Shown here piece after piece: positions 23,050 through 35,499 of a DNA stretch of 57,180 nucleotides. The stretch comes from Octopus bimaculoides (taxonomy: Eukaryota). Where the stretch lies: assembly GCF_001194135.2 (NCBI RefSeq), contig NC_068987.1:42668290-42725469 (forward strand). The letters are read 5' to 3'. Each line of letters begins with the position of its first letter. The first letter of the stretch is position 1. A program made the position numbers and the translations under genes. The notes under the pieces are model-generated. The model did no database searches. It worked only from the letters and a program-made list of their open reading frames with translations, and was not told the DNA's origin.

Positions 23050-25200
23050 TTTGTTTGGGATTGGGCAAATGTTTCTGTTGATTGCAGAATAAAATTCTTG
23101 TTCTGTTTCTTCAATTCAAATTGTTTTGATGCATCATAACACATTTTATGCCATACAGATCAATCTAGGCAATGACTTTCCCAAAATGTCAAATTAAGCT
23201 GTAAAGACTTTAGTGATTGCTTTAACTTATCCTTTACCACGGTATCCCTCTACTTGTTGGCCATACAAAGGAATTTTTGGAGTGCAGTCATCTTTCATTT
23301 GAACAACATTTCCTACTTATCTACACTGAATTCTCAGTAGCATGATTTTGATACTGGAGATATGACATTCTTCTAAGATTTTGATATTTTATCTTGCCAT
23401 TTTATGTTGTGAATATTATGCAAGCAGCACATGTGAAAGGCTTCGTAGTTGGGAATTCATGCTTCTACCCCATACAAAAGTTTGCTCAAAATATAAGATT
23501 TGTATGTACTTATTTTAGTTTTCAGACTGTCACCATGTTCATCTCACAAATGATGGGAAAATTTTCCAAAAACACTTGTAGCTTTAGATATTCTAACATT
23601 GATTTCATCATCAAGAGTACTCTTAACGTTTACTGTAACTTCCAAGATATTTAAATGACCCGATCCATTTGAGTGGCTTGTTGTCAATCATCACATTTGA
23701 ATTTAGAGTATGTTCTCTCCTGGGGTTTGGTTGGAATAAAATTCAGTCTTTTTGAAGCTGATAGTCCAAACGCACAGGCTGCTGCAGTAAACATGTCACC
23801 TGTTTCCTGAATTCCCTTCAATGTATGAGGAATCAAGGTGCAATCATCAGCAAACAGAAAATCACATAGAATCTTTTCCTTGGTCTTCTTCTTTGATCTG
23901 AAACTTTGCCCTGTTAGGTTTAGTAGACCTCCTGTGTGGAACTGAAATTTTACACCACGATAATCCCTAAAAGTATGTTGGAGCATCAACGAAAAGAATA
24001 TAGAAAAAAGTACAGGAGTTGAAACACAACTCTGTTTGGTTCCAGTGACAACAGAAAATGCCTCTGAACATTGACTGCTAGATATCACTGTTGCCATCAT
24101 TTCTTTGTGCAGAGATAGTATTACCTTTATCATTTTATCAAGAAGACCAACTTTTGACAACATTTTCCAGAGTGCCTCACGATTCACTGTATCAAAGGCT
24201 TTGGTAAAGTCAACAAAGACCATATACAGGTCAGTATTTTGCTCATGTGCTTTTTCTTGAACTTGCCAAATGGAAAAAAATCATGTCAACTGTGCCTCTC
24301 CCAGCCTGAAATCCACATTGGGATTCAGAATATATATACTGATGTAGTTAAGGATCACTCTTGCAAGAATTTTTCCATCTATGCACAACAAACTTATTCC
24401 TCTGTGGTTATCACGTATACCTTTCTTCCCCTTGTTTTTACATATGCATCTTTGAGCTGTTGGGGAACATATCCAGTTTCCCAAATCAAACAGATCAATT
24501 TGTGCAGCTTTCTTAAAAGTTGTCTACCACCATGCTTGTATACTTGTATGGGAATACCGCTTGTCCATTGGAATGTTTCTTTAATAGCAGTATTTATCTC
24601 TTCCAAGGAAAGATCTTCTGCTAGTTCTTCAATTATAGGCTGCTGAAGGATTTCATTGATTGCTTCAGGATCGGTAGTGGATTCTTGATTTAATATGGAT
24701 TTAAAGTGTTCAACCCATCTTTTCAGGATTTCATCTTTGCTACATAAGAGTTTTGACCTGTCATCTCGCTGCAGACAGTTCTGTGATCTCAGTAACACTT
24801 AGGAGTTTTATGAGCTCTGGTTAATCTGAAATCACTGCAATCTTTGCTCTTAGTTATGGCAGAAACAAGCATGTGCCAGTTACCAATGGTTTATTTTTGA
24901 CCAGATACTTCTCCTGCAGCTGTCTCACTAAGAAGGTGGCATCTGTGGTACTCTTCCCATACACAAAACCAAATTGCATCTCATCTAGTTTAATTCTATT
25001 CCTAATCAACTGAGTTGTAATACTCTCTGTAACTTTCATGACTTGGTCCAGCAGTTAGTAGTTTGACCGAACAGTCATAAATTGCTTGCATTCATCTTTC
25101 CTCTTCCATGTTTCCCAACTACTTTTGACCACACCATGTGTTTGTTACCTATTCTGGCATTAAAATCACCCATCAATATGATTTTGTCATGATATGGAAT
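23050..25200 (-). mobile_element. Old BovB-like RTE LINE (second RTE family), degenerate
   Basis: MGDFNARIG (APE), RWVEHFKSILNQ, FVDFTKAFDTVNREALWKML, FLFADDC, RISKATSVFGK. Confidence 0.85.
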
Positions 25201-25349
25201 TTATCATTATAAATGTTTGTTTGTTTGTTTTGTTGGTTGGTTTGACTTCTTCAGTCACACCTTACATCATGTAGAGTGAGGGAAGAGAGATAGTAAAAAG
25301 GATGCAGAAAAACATTGTTGTAGTTGTGTGGTAGCAGCACTAAATTGGC

Positions 25350-25709
25350 ACACTAAATTCATCACTGTATTTGTAGCCAACTCTCACCCTACTAACATCA
25401 CTGCTATACATGGCTTATGCAGCTTTAACAAGCCACTCTTCTACTTCTAAATTCCTTAGGGACCACCAGATAACAGATCAAGGGATTCTGCCAAAAGATT
25501 TCTCCAGGTCAACGAAAGCCAAGTACAATGGTTTATTTTTGACCAGATACTTCTCCTGCAGCTGTCTCACTAAGAAGGTGGCATCTGTGGTACTCTTCCC
25601 ATACACAAAACCAAATTGCATCTCATCTAGTTTAATTCTATTCCTAATCAACTGAGTTGTAATACTCTCTGTAACTTTCATGACTTGGTCCAGCAGTTAG
25701 TAGTTTGAC
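25350..25709 (-). mobile_element. RTE RT fragment; its 25526-25709 part is duplicated at 24884-25067
   Basis: QFGFVYGKSTTDATFLVRQLQEKYL..AFVDLEKSFGRIP. Confidence 0.8.
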
Positions 25710-25799
25710 TGAAGAATATTTCTTTACCCAACTTACATAATCCATTAACAGTAGTTTTTTTCCTTGATATTTTGAATATTTTTTCTTAATTTGCACAGA

Positions 25800-25954
25800 A
25801 GTAGCTGTGTAGTAAGAAGCTTGCTTCCCAACCACATGGTTCTGGGTTCAGTACCACTGCTTGGCACCTTGGGCAAGTGTCTTCTACTATAGCCTTGGGC
25901 CTGACCAAAGCCTTGTGAGTGGATTTGGTAGACGGAAACTGAAAGAAGCCTGTC

Positions 25955-25960
<6 letters not shown>
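25800..25960 (+). mobile_element. CORE-like tRNA SINE
   Basis: Near-consensus head and core followed by (TA)n. Confidence 0.8.
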
Positions 25961-25986
<26 letters not shown>

Positions 25987-27257
25987 NNNNNNNNNNAGAG
26001 AAATTTGAAAAGACAACACGAAACCGGTTATTTCCCCAAATACAATGTTTATATACCAAAAAAATTTTATAACATTTTTCTGACATAATTTAAATATATA
26101 CTTTAACCATGTAACACAAGCCTTCTGTAGTTTTTTCACTCTTATTATCTTTTATACATCCAACCACATGCTTTCACATACCAACTTTCTCACCTATATA
26201 TATATATATATATATATATATCAGTGGTAACTCCAGCACTCGGGCTGTGCCTGAGTATAAATTTAGTGAAGTGAATAATGTGTATTTTCAAGCTGCTAAC
26301 ACTGACTTCAATTATGTAATTGTAGCCCATAACTTGGGCTCCTTTTATTGAGCCTGGTCGCACTTCATTTATTTTCGTTCGGCGTCTGGCAGTCATCTTA
26401 CGTGTGCTGTGTCAAAAAAATATCATTCGTAGCAGATGTTCTCTCGACATCGTTCACACGCACCTGACTTGGGCTCAGAAGTTACAGCCCAAGTTGTTAT
26501 CTATAATTGTAAAGATTAAAAGTAATTCAAATTCAATGTTTTCTTGAAACAATAAATTTCTATAGAGATTGAGATTTAAATTCCAATCTATGAAAAATTT
26601 CTATTCTACAATATTCTTAAAGGAACGAAAAATTATCCAGCCACTCAGGCTAATATGAATGAGTTTGGTAGATGTAAAAGACTAACTGGTATTTCTTGTC
26701 AAGAGTACAGGCAACAGCCAGATCGCTGATGTTTGTTGTGCACTCTGCTGTCATTATTATTTGATTGCTGTTATTTTGTACGTCTGTGTGTAAAGATCAG
26801 TTGTGTTTTGCAGGGTTGCTTAGAATGGAGAAAGGTATAGTGCTAAATATATAAAAAATAAGCCATTTGGTGGTTAGAAGTATTGTGGAAAAAATGTGAA
26901 ATTCTTCAAGCAGGCATGTGACTTACGGGGAATCTGTGAAGAGCCAGAGGGGCAAAATCTGTGATGATCCCGAGTGGCACTGATGACCTGGAGTCGCCTC
27001 TAAGATATGTATGTGTGCATGCATGCGTGTTTGGACTCCCACTATCACTTGACATCTGATATTGGTGTGTTTATGTCCTTGTAATTTAGCGGTTTGGCAA
27101 AAGAGACTGATAGAATAAGTACTAGGCTTACAAAGAGTAAGTCCTGGGGTTGATTTGTTTGACTAAATGACTGAAACAAGTAAAAGAGTAAAAGTAAAAG
27201 AATTTAAATACTAGCCATATCTTTTTTTATATTTTCTCGACTTGTATATAATTGTAG

Positions 27258-27379
27258 GATATTCCATTACTTGTGATGAACCCCGAAGTTGGTAAACCTG
27301 AGGATTTAATATTGACACGAATAATGTGCCCTCCATTGTGCATTCGTCCATCTGTGGTATCTGATTTAAAGTCTGGCAC
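27258..27379 (+). CDS. POLR3A: POLR3A internal exon, 122 nt (phase 0/2)
   Basis: ttgtag|GAT ATT CCA ... GGC AC|gtaag. Encodes [40 protein letters not shown](T), the conserved PPLCIRPSV motif of RPC1. Confidence 0.96.
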
Positions 27380-27469
27380 GTAAGATACATTTTTTAATAT
27401 TTTTTTAAAGGTTATTAAGTTAGTGGAGAGGGTGACTACCAAAGAGATTACGTTTAAATAAAAAAATTG

Positions 27470-28117
27470 GGATCTAGTTTAAAACAGGGGCACCAGTTTT
27501 CATTAATGTTTTATGTAGTGTTTTTGGTACCGAAAGACTTTCAAACTTCGTATACTTATCTATTTTGTGTTATAGAACAGAAAAAAATTTTTGTATTTGA
27601 ATTTATTTCATGTAAAAAATTGTCTTATTTCGATAATTTCTACTAATCACTGACGTCTATTCAGTTGAAAACAGTTAGCGCTGTAATGGTGTATATCGTA
27701 TTAATCCCCTAACCCTAACTAGACTGTTAACCCTAACCCTAACCCTAAAACTAACCCTAACTCTAGAATCCGAACTCTAAAATTGTTACACACATAGATA
27801 CGCACAGCGTAATTTATTATATAAACAATATATGCGTATAAATTACGATTAAACCGGATGAAATATGTCACAGGGAATAACATTTTTATGACCGCCCAGC
27901 AGTAACTCTATTCAGCTGAATAGACGTCAGTGATTGGTTGAAATTACAGAAATACGACAACTTTAACATGGAATAACTTGCGAATTCCTTTTTTTGTTAA
28001 GAAGACTAAGAGTAAAAGATGTTTTATATGACACATTCTACCAGTGTCTCAAGTTTCAAAGTGTTTCGTTAGCGTTTCGTTAAGAAAATACTGGTGCCCC
28101 CGTTTTAAACTAGATCC
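27470..28117. mobile_element. Non-autonomous DNA transposon (MITE), Merlin-like
   Basis: About 28-bp TIRs GGATCTAGTTTAAAACAGGGGCACCAGT / ACTGGTGCCCCCGTTTTAAACTAGATCC; 8-bp TSD AAAAATTG (27462-27469, 28118-28125). 5'-GG TIRs with an 8-9 bp TSD are Merlin traits. Confidence 0.8.
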
Positions 28118-29038
28118 AAAAATTGTATTTACTTCCCCTTTCTATCGATCTATCATTAGCATAATTTATGATGGGTGGGACAGGGACTGATAGAATTGGT
28201 GTAGTGATGGACAAAAGACCTTGCAATATTTAGTTACACCTTTCATATTCTGAGTTCAAATTTCACCAAGGTCAACTTTACCATTCATATTGTCAGTCAA
28301 GTAGGTATAGCTGTGTGGTTAAGAAGTTTGCTTTGTTGTCACAATGCTCCAGGTTCAGTTCCACTGTGGTACCTTGGGCAAATATCTTCTGTCTGCTAGT
28401 TCCTCATAAGTGGAAACCAGTCATGTGTGTGTGTGTGTGTGTGTATCATCATCATTTTTATGTCCACTTTCCCATGCTAGTATAAGTTGGATAGCTTGTC
28501 ACATCTGAAATGAATTCTTCTTTGGAATTATGACCCTCCGTGTCTCACTTGCACAAGTCATTTTTTAGGATGGTTTTGATAGCTTGATACCCTTCCTTAC
28601 ACCAACCACTTTACAGAATATACTGAGTGCCTTTTGTTGTGGCATCAGCACTGGAAAGGCTGCCTTGGTCTCTGGCAAGACTAAATGGTGTTCTCTTTGT
28701 TATCTCTGCTTGTTTACCAGTATCAGAGAATTGTTTCAATTCCAGCAAAACTAAAGAGAATCTTCTTTTCCATGCTTTGTCTTTGTATGTTCATTCCTTT
28801 CTTTCATGCACAACTGGGAAGGGAGCCAGAGTGAGAGGTTGAAAGAAGAAAAAAATAAGAAAAAATAATTGGATCAAGATAGTGGTAAAAGAGAGAGTAA
28901 CAGAATAGAGAGTGAGTGATTGATAGATAGTTGGTGAGGAGATTGAATAGAAACAACATGAACAGTGGGAAAGGAGAGAGAGAGAGAGAGAGAGATGGAT
29001 AAGAGGGAGATATGGTGATAGGAAAGGTGTACTGCAAG

Positions 29039-29081
<43 letters not shown>

Positions 29082-29595
29082 ATATGTTTGTTTTCTTGTT
29101 TTCGCATTGTGCAATAATTGTAAATGAGCATCACTATCATACAAGCAGTGTAGTTTGTTTTCAATCTTCCATGGAATCATGTCCAGCCATGAAGAAATGT
29201 TATCTTGCTTCGAAGCAAGTGAAGGTTGGTAATAGGAAAAGTATCTGGCCATGGAAAATCTGCTTCAATGAATTCCATCAAACTCATGCAAGTATGGAAA
29301 AGTGGATGTTAAAACAACAATGATGATATATGTATATATTTAATAACAGTTTGACCAAGCTGTACATTACTTCAAGTTTCATGGGTGTAAGACATATCCA
29401 CCTCATCAGATGTTCCTGTCTCTGAACATCTGACAAGATGGATGTATTCTATGCTCATGAAACTTTAATGTAGAGCTGAGTCAGACTTGTTATTCAATAC
29501 ATGTTCATTCACTGATAAACATGTTTGTGTGTTTTATGTAATGAGTAATGATTTTTTTTTACCTAAAAATTCTATTCCATTTTATTTTCATCCAG

Positions 29596-29695
29596 TAATG
29601 AAGATGACATAACAATGAAGTTAACAGAGATCATTTTTATGAATAATGTTATTCAAAAACATCGAGCCTCAGGGGCTAAAATGCAAATGATAATG
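29596..29695 (+). CDS. POLR3A: POLR3A internal exon, 100 nt (phase 2/0)
   Basis: tccag|T AAT GAA GAT GAC ... ATA ATG|gtaaa. Encodes (T)NEDDITMKLTEIIFMNNVIQKHRASGAKMQMIM. Confidence 0.96.
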
Positions 29696-29978
29696 GTAAA
29701 TATTTTAATTCCCTACTGTTGCTTTATAATCTGCAAAATGTCAGGAATTCATTTGAAACAAGCAGTATTTGGAGAGTATACAGACCTATTTTGATGTATA
29801 CAGGCTTATTTTAAGGCAGATCTGTTTAAAGTATGCAGGCTAGTGATTTGACAGAGACTTATTTAAGGGATACAGACGAATTTAGTTTTCTGTAACAGTT
29901 TTATATTTATGTTATTTTGGAGAGCTGGAAACTGTCAGCCAATTGGAGCAATAGTTTTTATTGCTGGAGACTCTACCT

Positions 29979-30110
29979 ACAGCTAATTACTCCTCTACAG
30001 ATCAGCAAATTACTCAGATATAAGCCAGCTAATTACTTAGTTATGAAGCAGCTAATTACTCAACTCTGGACTTGCTAATTACCCAACAATGAAACAGCTA
30101 ATTACTCAGT
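29979..30110. repeat. Minisatellite with core CAGCTAATTACTC
   Basis: About six degenerate copies at roughly 23-bp spacing. Confidence 0.75.
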
Positions 30111-30559
30111 TAAGAAGCAAATCAGCATGGATCTAGGTGCTAGAAATAGTAGCCATATACATGGTCATAAAATTGATGAGAGATATAATGTGTGAGGGGA
30201 TAGAACTACTGTCATAAAAAAGAAGGAAAGACACATTGAATAATATAGTCTTAGATACCCTATACTTGAGAAGTAAACAGGATAGTTATGGATGGGGTAC
30301 GTCACATCATAGGGCTATACAATCTTGACTGAGTTCCTTGACAAAGCACCATTTATCCCCAGAATGGCAAGACCAGACTTAATGATTTCTAGTATATGTC
30401 CTACTTTCTTCATTGAATCCTATGAGTGCTAACTTAGCCTTTTTTACCTCTGGACATGTACCGGTGTCAATTTACTTGACCACATTCCACTCCCATAAGT
30501 TTATGACTATATGTCAATATGAGAAATTGATGTTTAAAATATGTTACTTTTAACTTTTC

Positions 30560-30900
30560 ACAGAATATTGTATTTATAATGTGAAGGAAATATTGTGATG
30601 TCATGGCTTTCCTGAAGAAGTCAGTAGTATTATTATATTTATAGACTGAAGAATTTTATGCCTTTACTGAAGATATCAATAGGATAGGTTAAAGATGTGG
30701 AAATGTTATGATGTTCATACCTGAAGATATCAGTAGCTCAGGGTATTATCTTCATAGAGTGAAGGAAATTGCAATGTTGTAATGTCTATGCTTTTACTAA
30801 AGACAGTATTAGCGCAGGGTATTATATTTACAAAGTGAAGACAATAGAAATGTTGGGATGTTCAGTTTACTGAAGACATCAGTAGCACAAGTGAGAGGCT
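30560..30900. repeat. Degenerate tandem repeat, period about 80-90 bp
   Basis: Recurring tactgaaga.atcagtagc...tattat.tt.atag..tgaag. Confidence 0.6.
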
Positions 30901-31044
30901 CTAGCTTCGATTGAGAATCAAAATCAGGTTACACACATGACTTCACTCAACATCACTCATTCAGCTGGGATATATATCTGTTGACAACATGATACCATTG
31001 CAGTTATACAATACTAATATGGTATTAATATTAAAGTTTATTTT

Positions 31045-31262
31045 TAAGGTAGTGAGCTTGTACAACCGTTAGCACACCAGGTATAATGTTTAGCAGCATT
31101 TCGTCTGCCTTTACATTCTGAGTTCAAATTCTGCTGAGGTTGACTTTGCCTTTCATCTTTCCAAAGTTGATAAAATAAGAACCAGTTTGAACACTGGGGT
31201 TAATGAAATCGACTTACTCCCTCCCACGAAATTGCTGGCCTTGTGCTGAAATTTGAAACCAG
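31045..31262 (+). mobile_element. tRNA-derived SINE, second family
   Basis: gagttcaaattctgctgaggttgactttgcctttcatc...ataaaataagaaccagt; reverse complement of 12785-13025. Confidence 0.75.
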
Positions 31263-31493
31263 TTTAAGGTTAGTTTCTAATTTCCAGTTATATTAATTGA
31301 AACTGAGAAGAATTTAGTGTTGTCTCAGGACATGGTATAGTGTCAGGTGATTACCCAGAGTTTATGATTTAAGAGGCTAACATGCATCAGAAATTGAAGA
31401 CTTTTGTTAAGCTAGTGTAATTCCTAAATGAAAATGCCTTATATCTATGTGAAACAAAAATATTTAGATTTACTTTTTTATATTTGTTATTAG

Positions 31494-31571
31494 GAAGATT
31501 GGGACTTCCTTCAGTTGCAGGTGGCACTATTATATAACAGTGAAACATCAGGGATTCCGCTCCATATGCAG
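31494..31571 (+). CDS. POLR3A: POLR3A internal exon, 78 nt (phase 0/0)
   Basis: tattag|GAA GAT TGG ... ATG CAG|gtatg. Encodes EDWDFLQLQVALLYNSETSGIPLHMQ. Confidence 0.96.
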
Positions 31572-31604
31572 GTATGTCGTCTTAGTCTTTCATTGAAAAC
31601 TCAT

Positions 31605-33765
31605 CATCATCATCGTCGTTTAACGTCCGCTTTCCATGCTAGCATGGGTTGGACGATTTGACTGAGGACTGGTGAACCAGATGGCTACACCAGGCTCCAA
31701 TCTGATTTGGCAGAGTTTCTACAGCTGGATGCCCTTCCTAACGCCAACCACTCCGAGAGTGTAGTGGGTGCTTTTACATGCTACCGGCATGAAGGCCAGT
31801 CAGGCAGTACTGGCAATGGCCATGTTCAAAAGGTGTATTTTATGTGCCACCCGCACAAGAGCCAGTCCAGGGGCACTGGCAACGATTTCGCTCGAAAGTC
31901 CTTACATATGCCACGGGCACAAGTGCCAGAAAGGCAACGCTGGGTACAGGTNNNNNNNNNNTCTCACTTGGCTTGCCGGGTCTTCTCACGCACAGCATAT
32001 TTCCAAAGGTCTCGGTCAGAAGTCATCGCCTTGGTGAGGCCCAATGTTTGAAGGTTGTGCCTCACCACCTCATCCCAGGTCTTCCTGCACCTACCTCTTC
32101 CATAGGTTCCCTCCACTGCTAGGGTGTGGCACTTTTTCACACAGCTATCCTCATCCATTCTTGCCACATGACCATACCAGCGCAACCGTCTCTCTTGCAC
32201 ACCACAACTGATGCTTCTTAGGTTCAACTTTTCTCTCAAGGTACTTATACTCTGTCTAGTATGCACACTGACATTATACATCCATCGGAACATACTGGCT
32301 TCATTCCTTGCGAGTCATGGCCCATGTTTCCCTGCCATGTAGCATGGCTGTTTGTACACATGCGTCATACAGTCTGCCTTTTACTCTGAGTGAGAGGCCC
32401 CTTGTCACTAACAGAGGTAAGAGCTCTCTGAACTTTGCCCAGGCTATTCTTATTCTCGCAGCTACACTTTCAGCGCACCCTCCCCCACTACTAACTTGGT
32501 CACCTAGGTAGTGGAAGCTATCAACTACTTCTAGTTTTTCTCCCTGGAATGTGGCCAAAGTTGTTTTCTGCACATTTTCAGTGTTTATTGCTCCTGAACA
32601 TCTGCCACTAGGAAGTTAGTTTATGATTTAAGAGGCTAACATGCATCAGAAATTGAAGACTTTTGTTAAGCTAGTGTAATTCCTAAATGAAAATGCCTTA
32701 TATCTATGTGAAACAAAAATATTTAGATTTACTTTTTTATATTTGTTATTAGGAAGATTGGGACTTCCTCCAGTTGCAGGTGGCACTATTATATGACTAA
32801 CTTCCTAGCTAACCTTCCTTTGATATTACTGCACCCCTTATGTGTCCAAAGCTTGCACTGGGTACATCTTATAGAGTTTCTACCTACGCCTTTTCTACAG
32901 ATCCAGCAGGGCCATCTACCTGAAGGGGTTTGTGTTTTGTCTACCTTCCTACTTATTAGGACTTTGGTTTTAGCTAGGTTGATTCTAAGGCCCTTCGATT
33001 CTAGTCCTTGCTTCCACACCTGAAACTTCTCCTCTATTTCTGATAGAGACTCAGCAATTAGTGCAAGGTCATCAGCATAGAGGAGCTCCCAGGGGCATCC
33101 TGTCTTGAATTCCTGTGTTATTGCCTGGAGGACTATGATAAATAAGAGGGGGCTGAGGACAGAACCTTGGTAGACCCCTACCTCTACCCGGAATTCTTCA
33201 CTGTACTCATTTCCAACCCTCACCTTACTGATAGCGTCTCTGTACATGGCTCGCACAGCTTTCACTAACCATTCTTCTATCCCTAGTTTCCTCATTAGTT
33301 TCCCCAGATAAGGGATTGGGGGACCCTGTCAAAGGCTTTCTCCGTGTCAATGAAAGCCAGGAACAGAGGTTTATCTTTGGCTAGGTATTTCTCCTGCAGC
33401 TGTCTTACCAGAAATATAGCATCAGTGGTGCTTTTACCTGGCACAAATCCAAACTGCATCTCATCTAAACTGACTCTCTCCCTAAGTAGTTGGGCTATGA
33501 CCCTCTCTGTGACCTTGATTACCTGATCCAACAACTTGATACCTCTAATTATTCGTATCTAAAGCGTCACCTTTGTAGCAGTTGACTATGGTGCTGCTAC
33601 ACCAGTCATTGGGTATTACTCCTTCGTGTATCACCTGGTTAACTATAGGGGTGATGAGGCTATAGCCGACACTGCCAGGTATTTTGAGCATCTCTGCAGT
33701 GATTCCTGATGGCCGGGGGCTTTCCTTGTCTTCATACTCTTAATTGCTTTATCTCTTCATTAAAT
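31605..33765 (-). mobile_element. 5'-truncated RTE LINE (RT, PHD finger, 3' UTR, (GAT)n tail)
   Basis: ORFs 33295-33534, 32789-33295 (LLYADDL), 32301-32573 (YLGDQV) and 31964-32293 (RLRWYGHVARM). Confidence 0.93.
32618..32794 (+). pseudogene. 177-bp copy of the POLR3A intron end, acceptor and first 42 nt of exon 31494, inserted in the LINE
   Basis: Matches 31359-31535; the only difference I found is CTT/CTC. It is followed by GAC TAA in frame. Confidence 0.92.
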
Positions 33766-34299
33766 TTCTGAAGAGGAAAATGCCTGAAGAGTAGAACATC
33801 AAAGAGGGTGCTTTATATGTATTTTGTTCAGTAATTCACTGTTTGGGGTTTAAATCCAGCTAAAGTTAACTTTGACTTTCAATTCTGAGGTCAGTAAAAT
33901 AAATGACAGTAATACACAATAAAAGCAAATAAAGTGAAACTGCAATCCTTAATTATTTGGTCATTATTTTGTTTTTTTAATTTAAATTTACCATCTGTAA
34001 ACAGTTTTATTGGCCAAGTTCTTAAGCTGCAGCTGTGCAGTTGAGAAGCTTGCTTCCCAACCATGTGGTTTTGGGTTCAGACCCACTTGCACAGCACTGT
34101 GGGCAAGTGTCTCACATGTGATGTTCATTTCTAGTCTCTCACTGAAAATGTTTGGCCATGAGGATATATTACCTTACTTGGAAACAGGTGAGCATTGATG
34201 ACAGGATGGACATCTGGCTGTAGAAAATGTGCTTCAACAAATTCCATCTGACCCATGCAAACATGGATGAGTGAACACTAGAATATGATGATGATGCTA

Positions 34300-34339
<40 letters not shown>

Positions 34340-34670
34340 CACCATATAAAGACTTCTTTTCATATAACATCACAAACACCAAGCTGTTTCTTTCTTAGTG
34401 AAATTAATAGCCGTAAATAGGTACCATGAAATAGTATAAGACATTACTATAAGCAGAAGAGAAACTATATAACTAATTTGGTGTATGGTATCAGTTGTAA
34501 AACTGTGTTAACTGACATAACGGTGTTCTCTGCAATTCTTAGGCCTCAAAAATAACTAAGAAATGACTCAGTCAACAATGAAGCTTAAAAGTGTGAAAAG
34601 AACTAGACAAATTGTAGTAATTTCCAATAATTTTTTATTAATTGTTGAAATATTGTAAAATCTTTTATAG

Positions 34671-34880
<210 letters not shown>

Positions 34881-35229
34881 TAAGAAGTTGTTCTCTAAAA
34901 ATGGAAGACAATGATGACTGAGAGATGAGATTAGAAGGTGTTAGGCCAACACCTGTAAGATATAAATTTCACACTATAACCTCACAGCAGCCACTAAATT
35001 TACAGTGTCAAGTAAATATTACCTTTATATATTTTCAGACACACAAATGTGAATTATCCACTTCAGTATTAAATGACAAAGTCTTGTTAATATTTAACCT
35101 ATGGGTTGTAGTTGTTGCTTTTATTGTTTCATAAACCCCTGTCATCTCTGATGTAACTGATTCATTTGATTGAGAGAAAACCCCCAAGTATGCTTAAATT
35201 TAGTTAACATCATATCTAATTGTATATCC

Positions 35230-35480
35230 TGTCATGTTTGCTGTGTACTCTAGATATGTTTATTTTATACTCTTGGTATGTTTACTGAGTACTCTAGATA
35301 TGTTGGCTATATACTCTAGACATGTTGGCTATATACTCTAGACATGTTTACTCTGTACTCTAAGAATATTTACTGTGTACCCTTGCTAAATTTGCTGTGT
35401 ACTATAAGGCGGTTTACTGTTTGCTCTAGGCCTATTTATGGTGTACTCTAGGTAGGTTTACTGTGTACTCTACCATATTT
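35230..35480. repeat. Minisatellite with core TGTACTCTAG
   Basis: About ten degenerate copies at roughly 20-bp spacing. Confidence 0.75.
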
Positions 35481-35499
35481 GCCAAGGTCATTGATGATG

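Noticed and set aside
26814-26834. Possible micro-exon (ttttgcag...aag|gtatag)
   Set aside because: The flanking POLR3A exons already join in frame with no missing residues, and the peptide has no RPC1 similarity.
29979-30110. Short spaced repeats as a CRISPR-like array
   Set aside because: Eukaryotic intron, degenerate units, spacers of only about 10 nt and no cas genes; it is a minisatellite.
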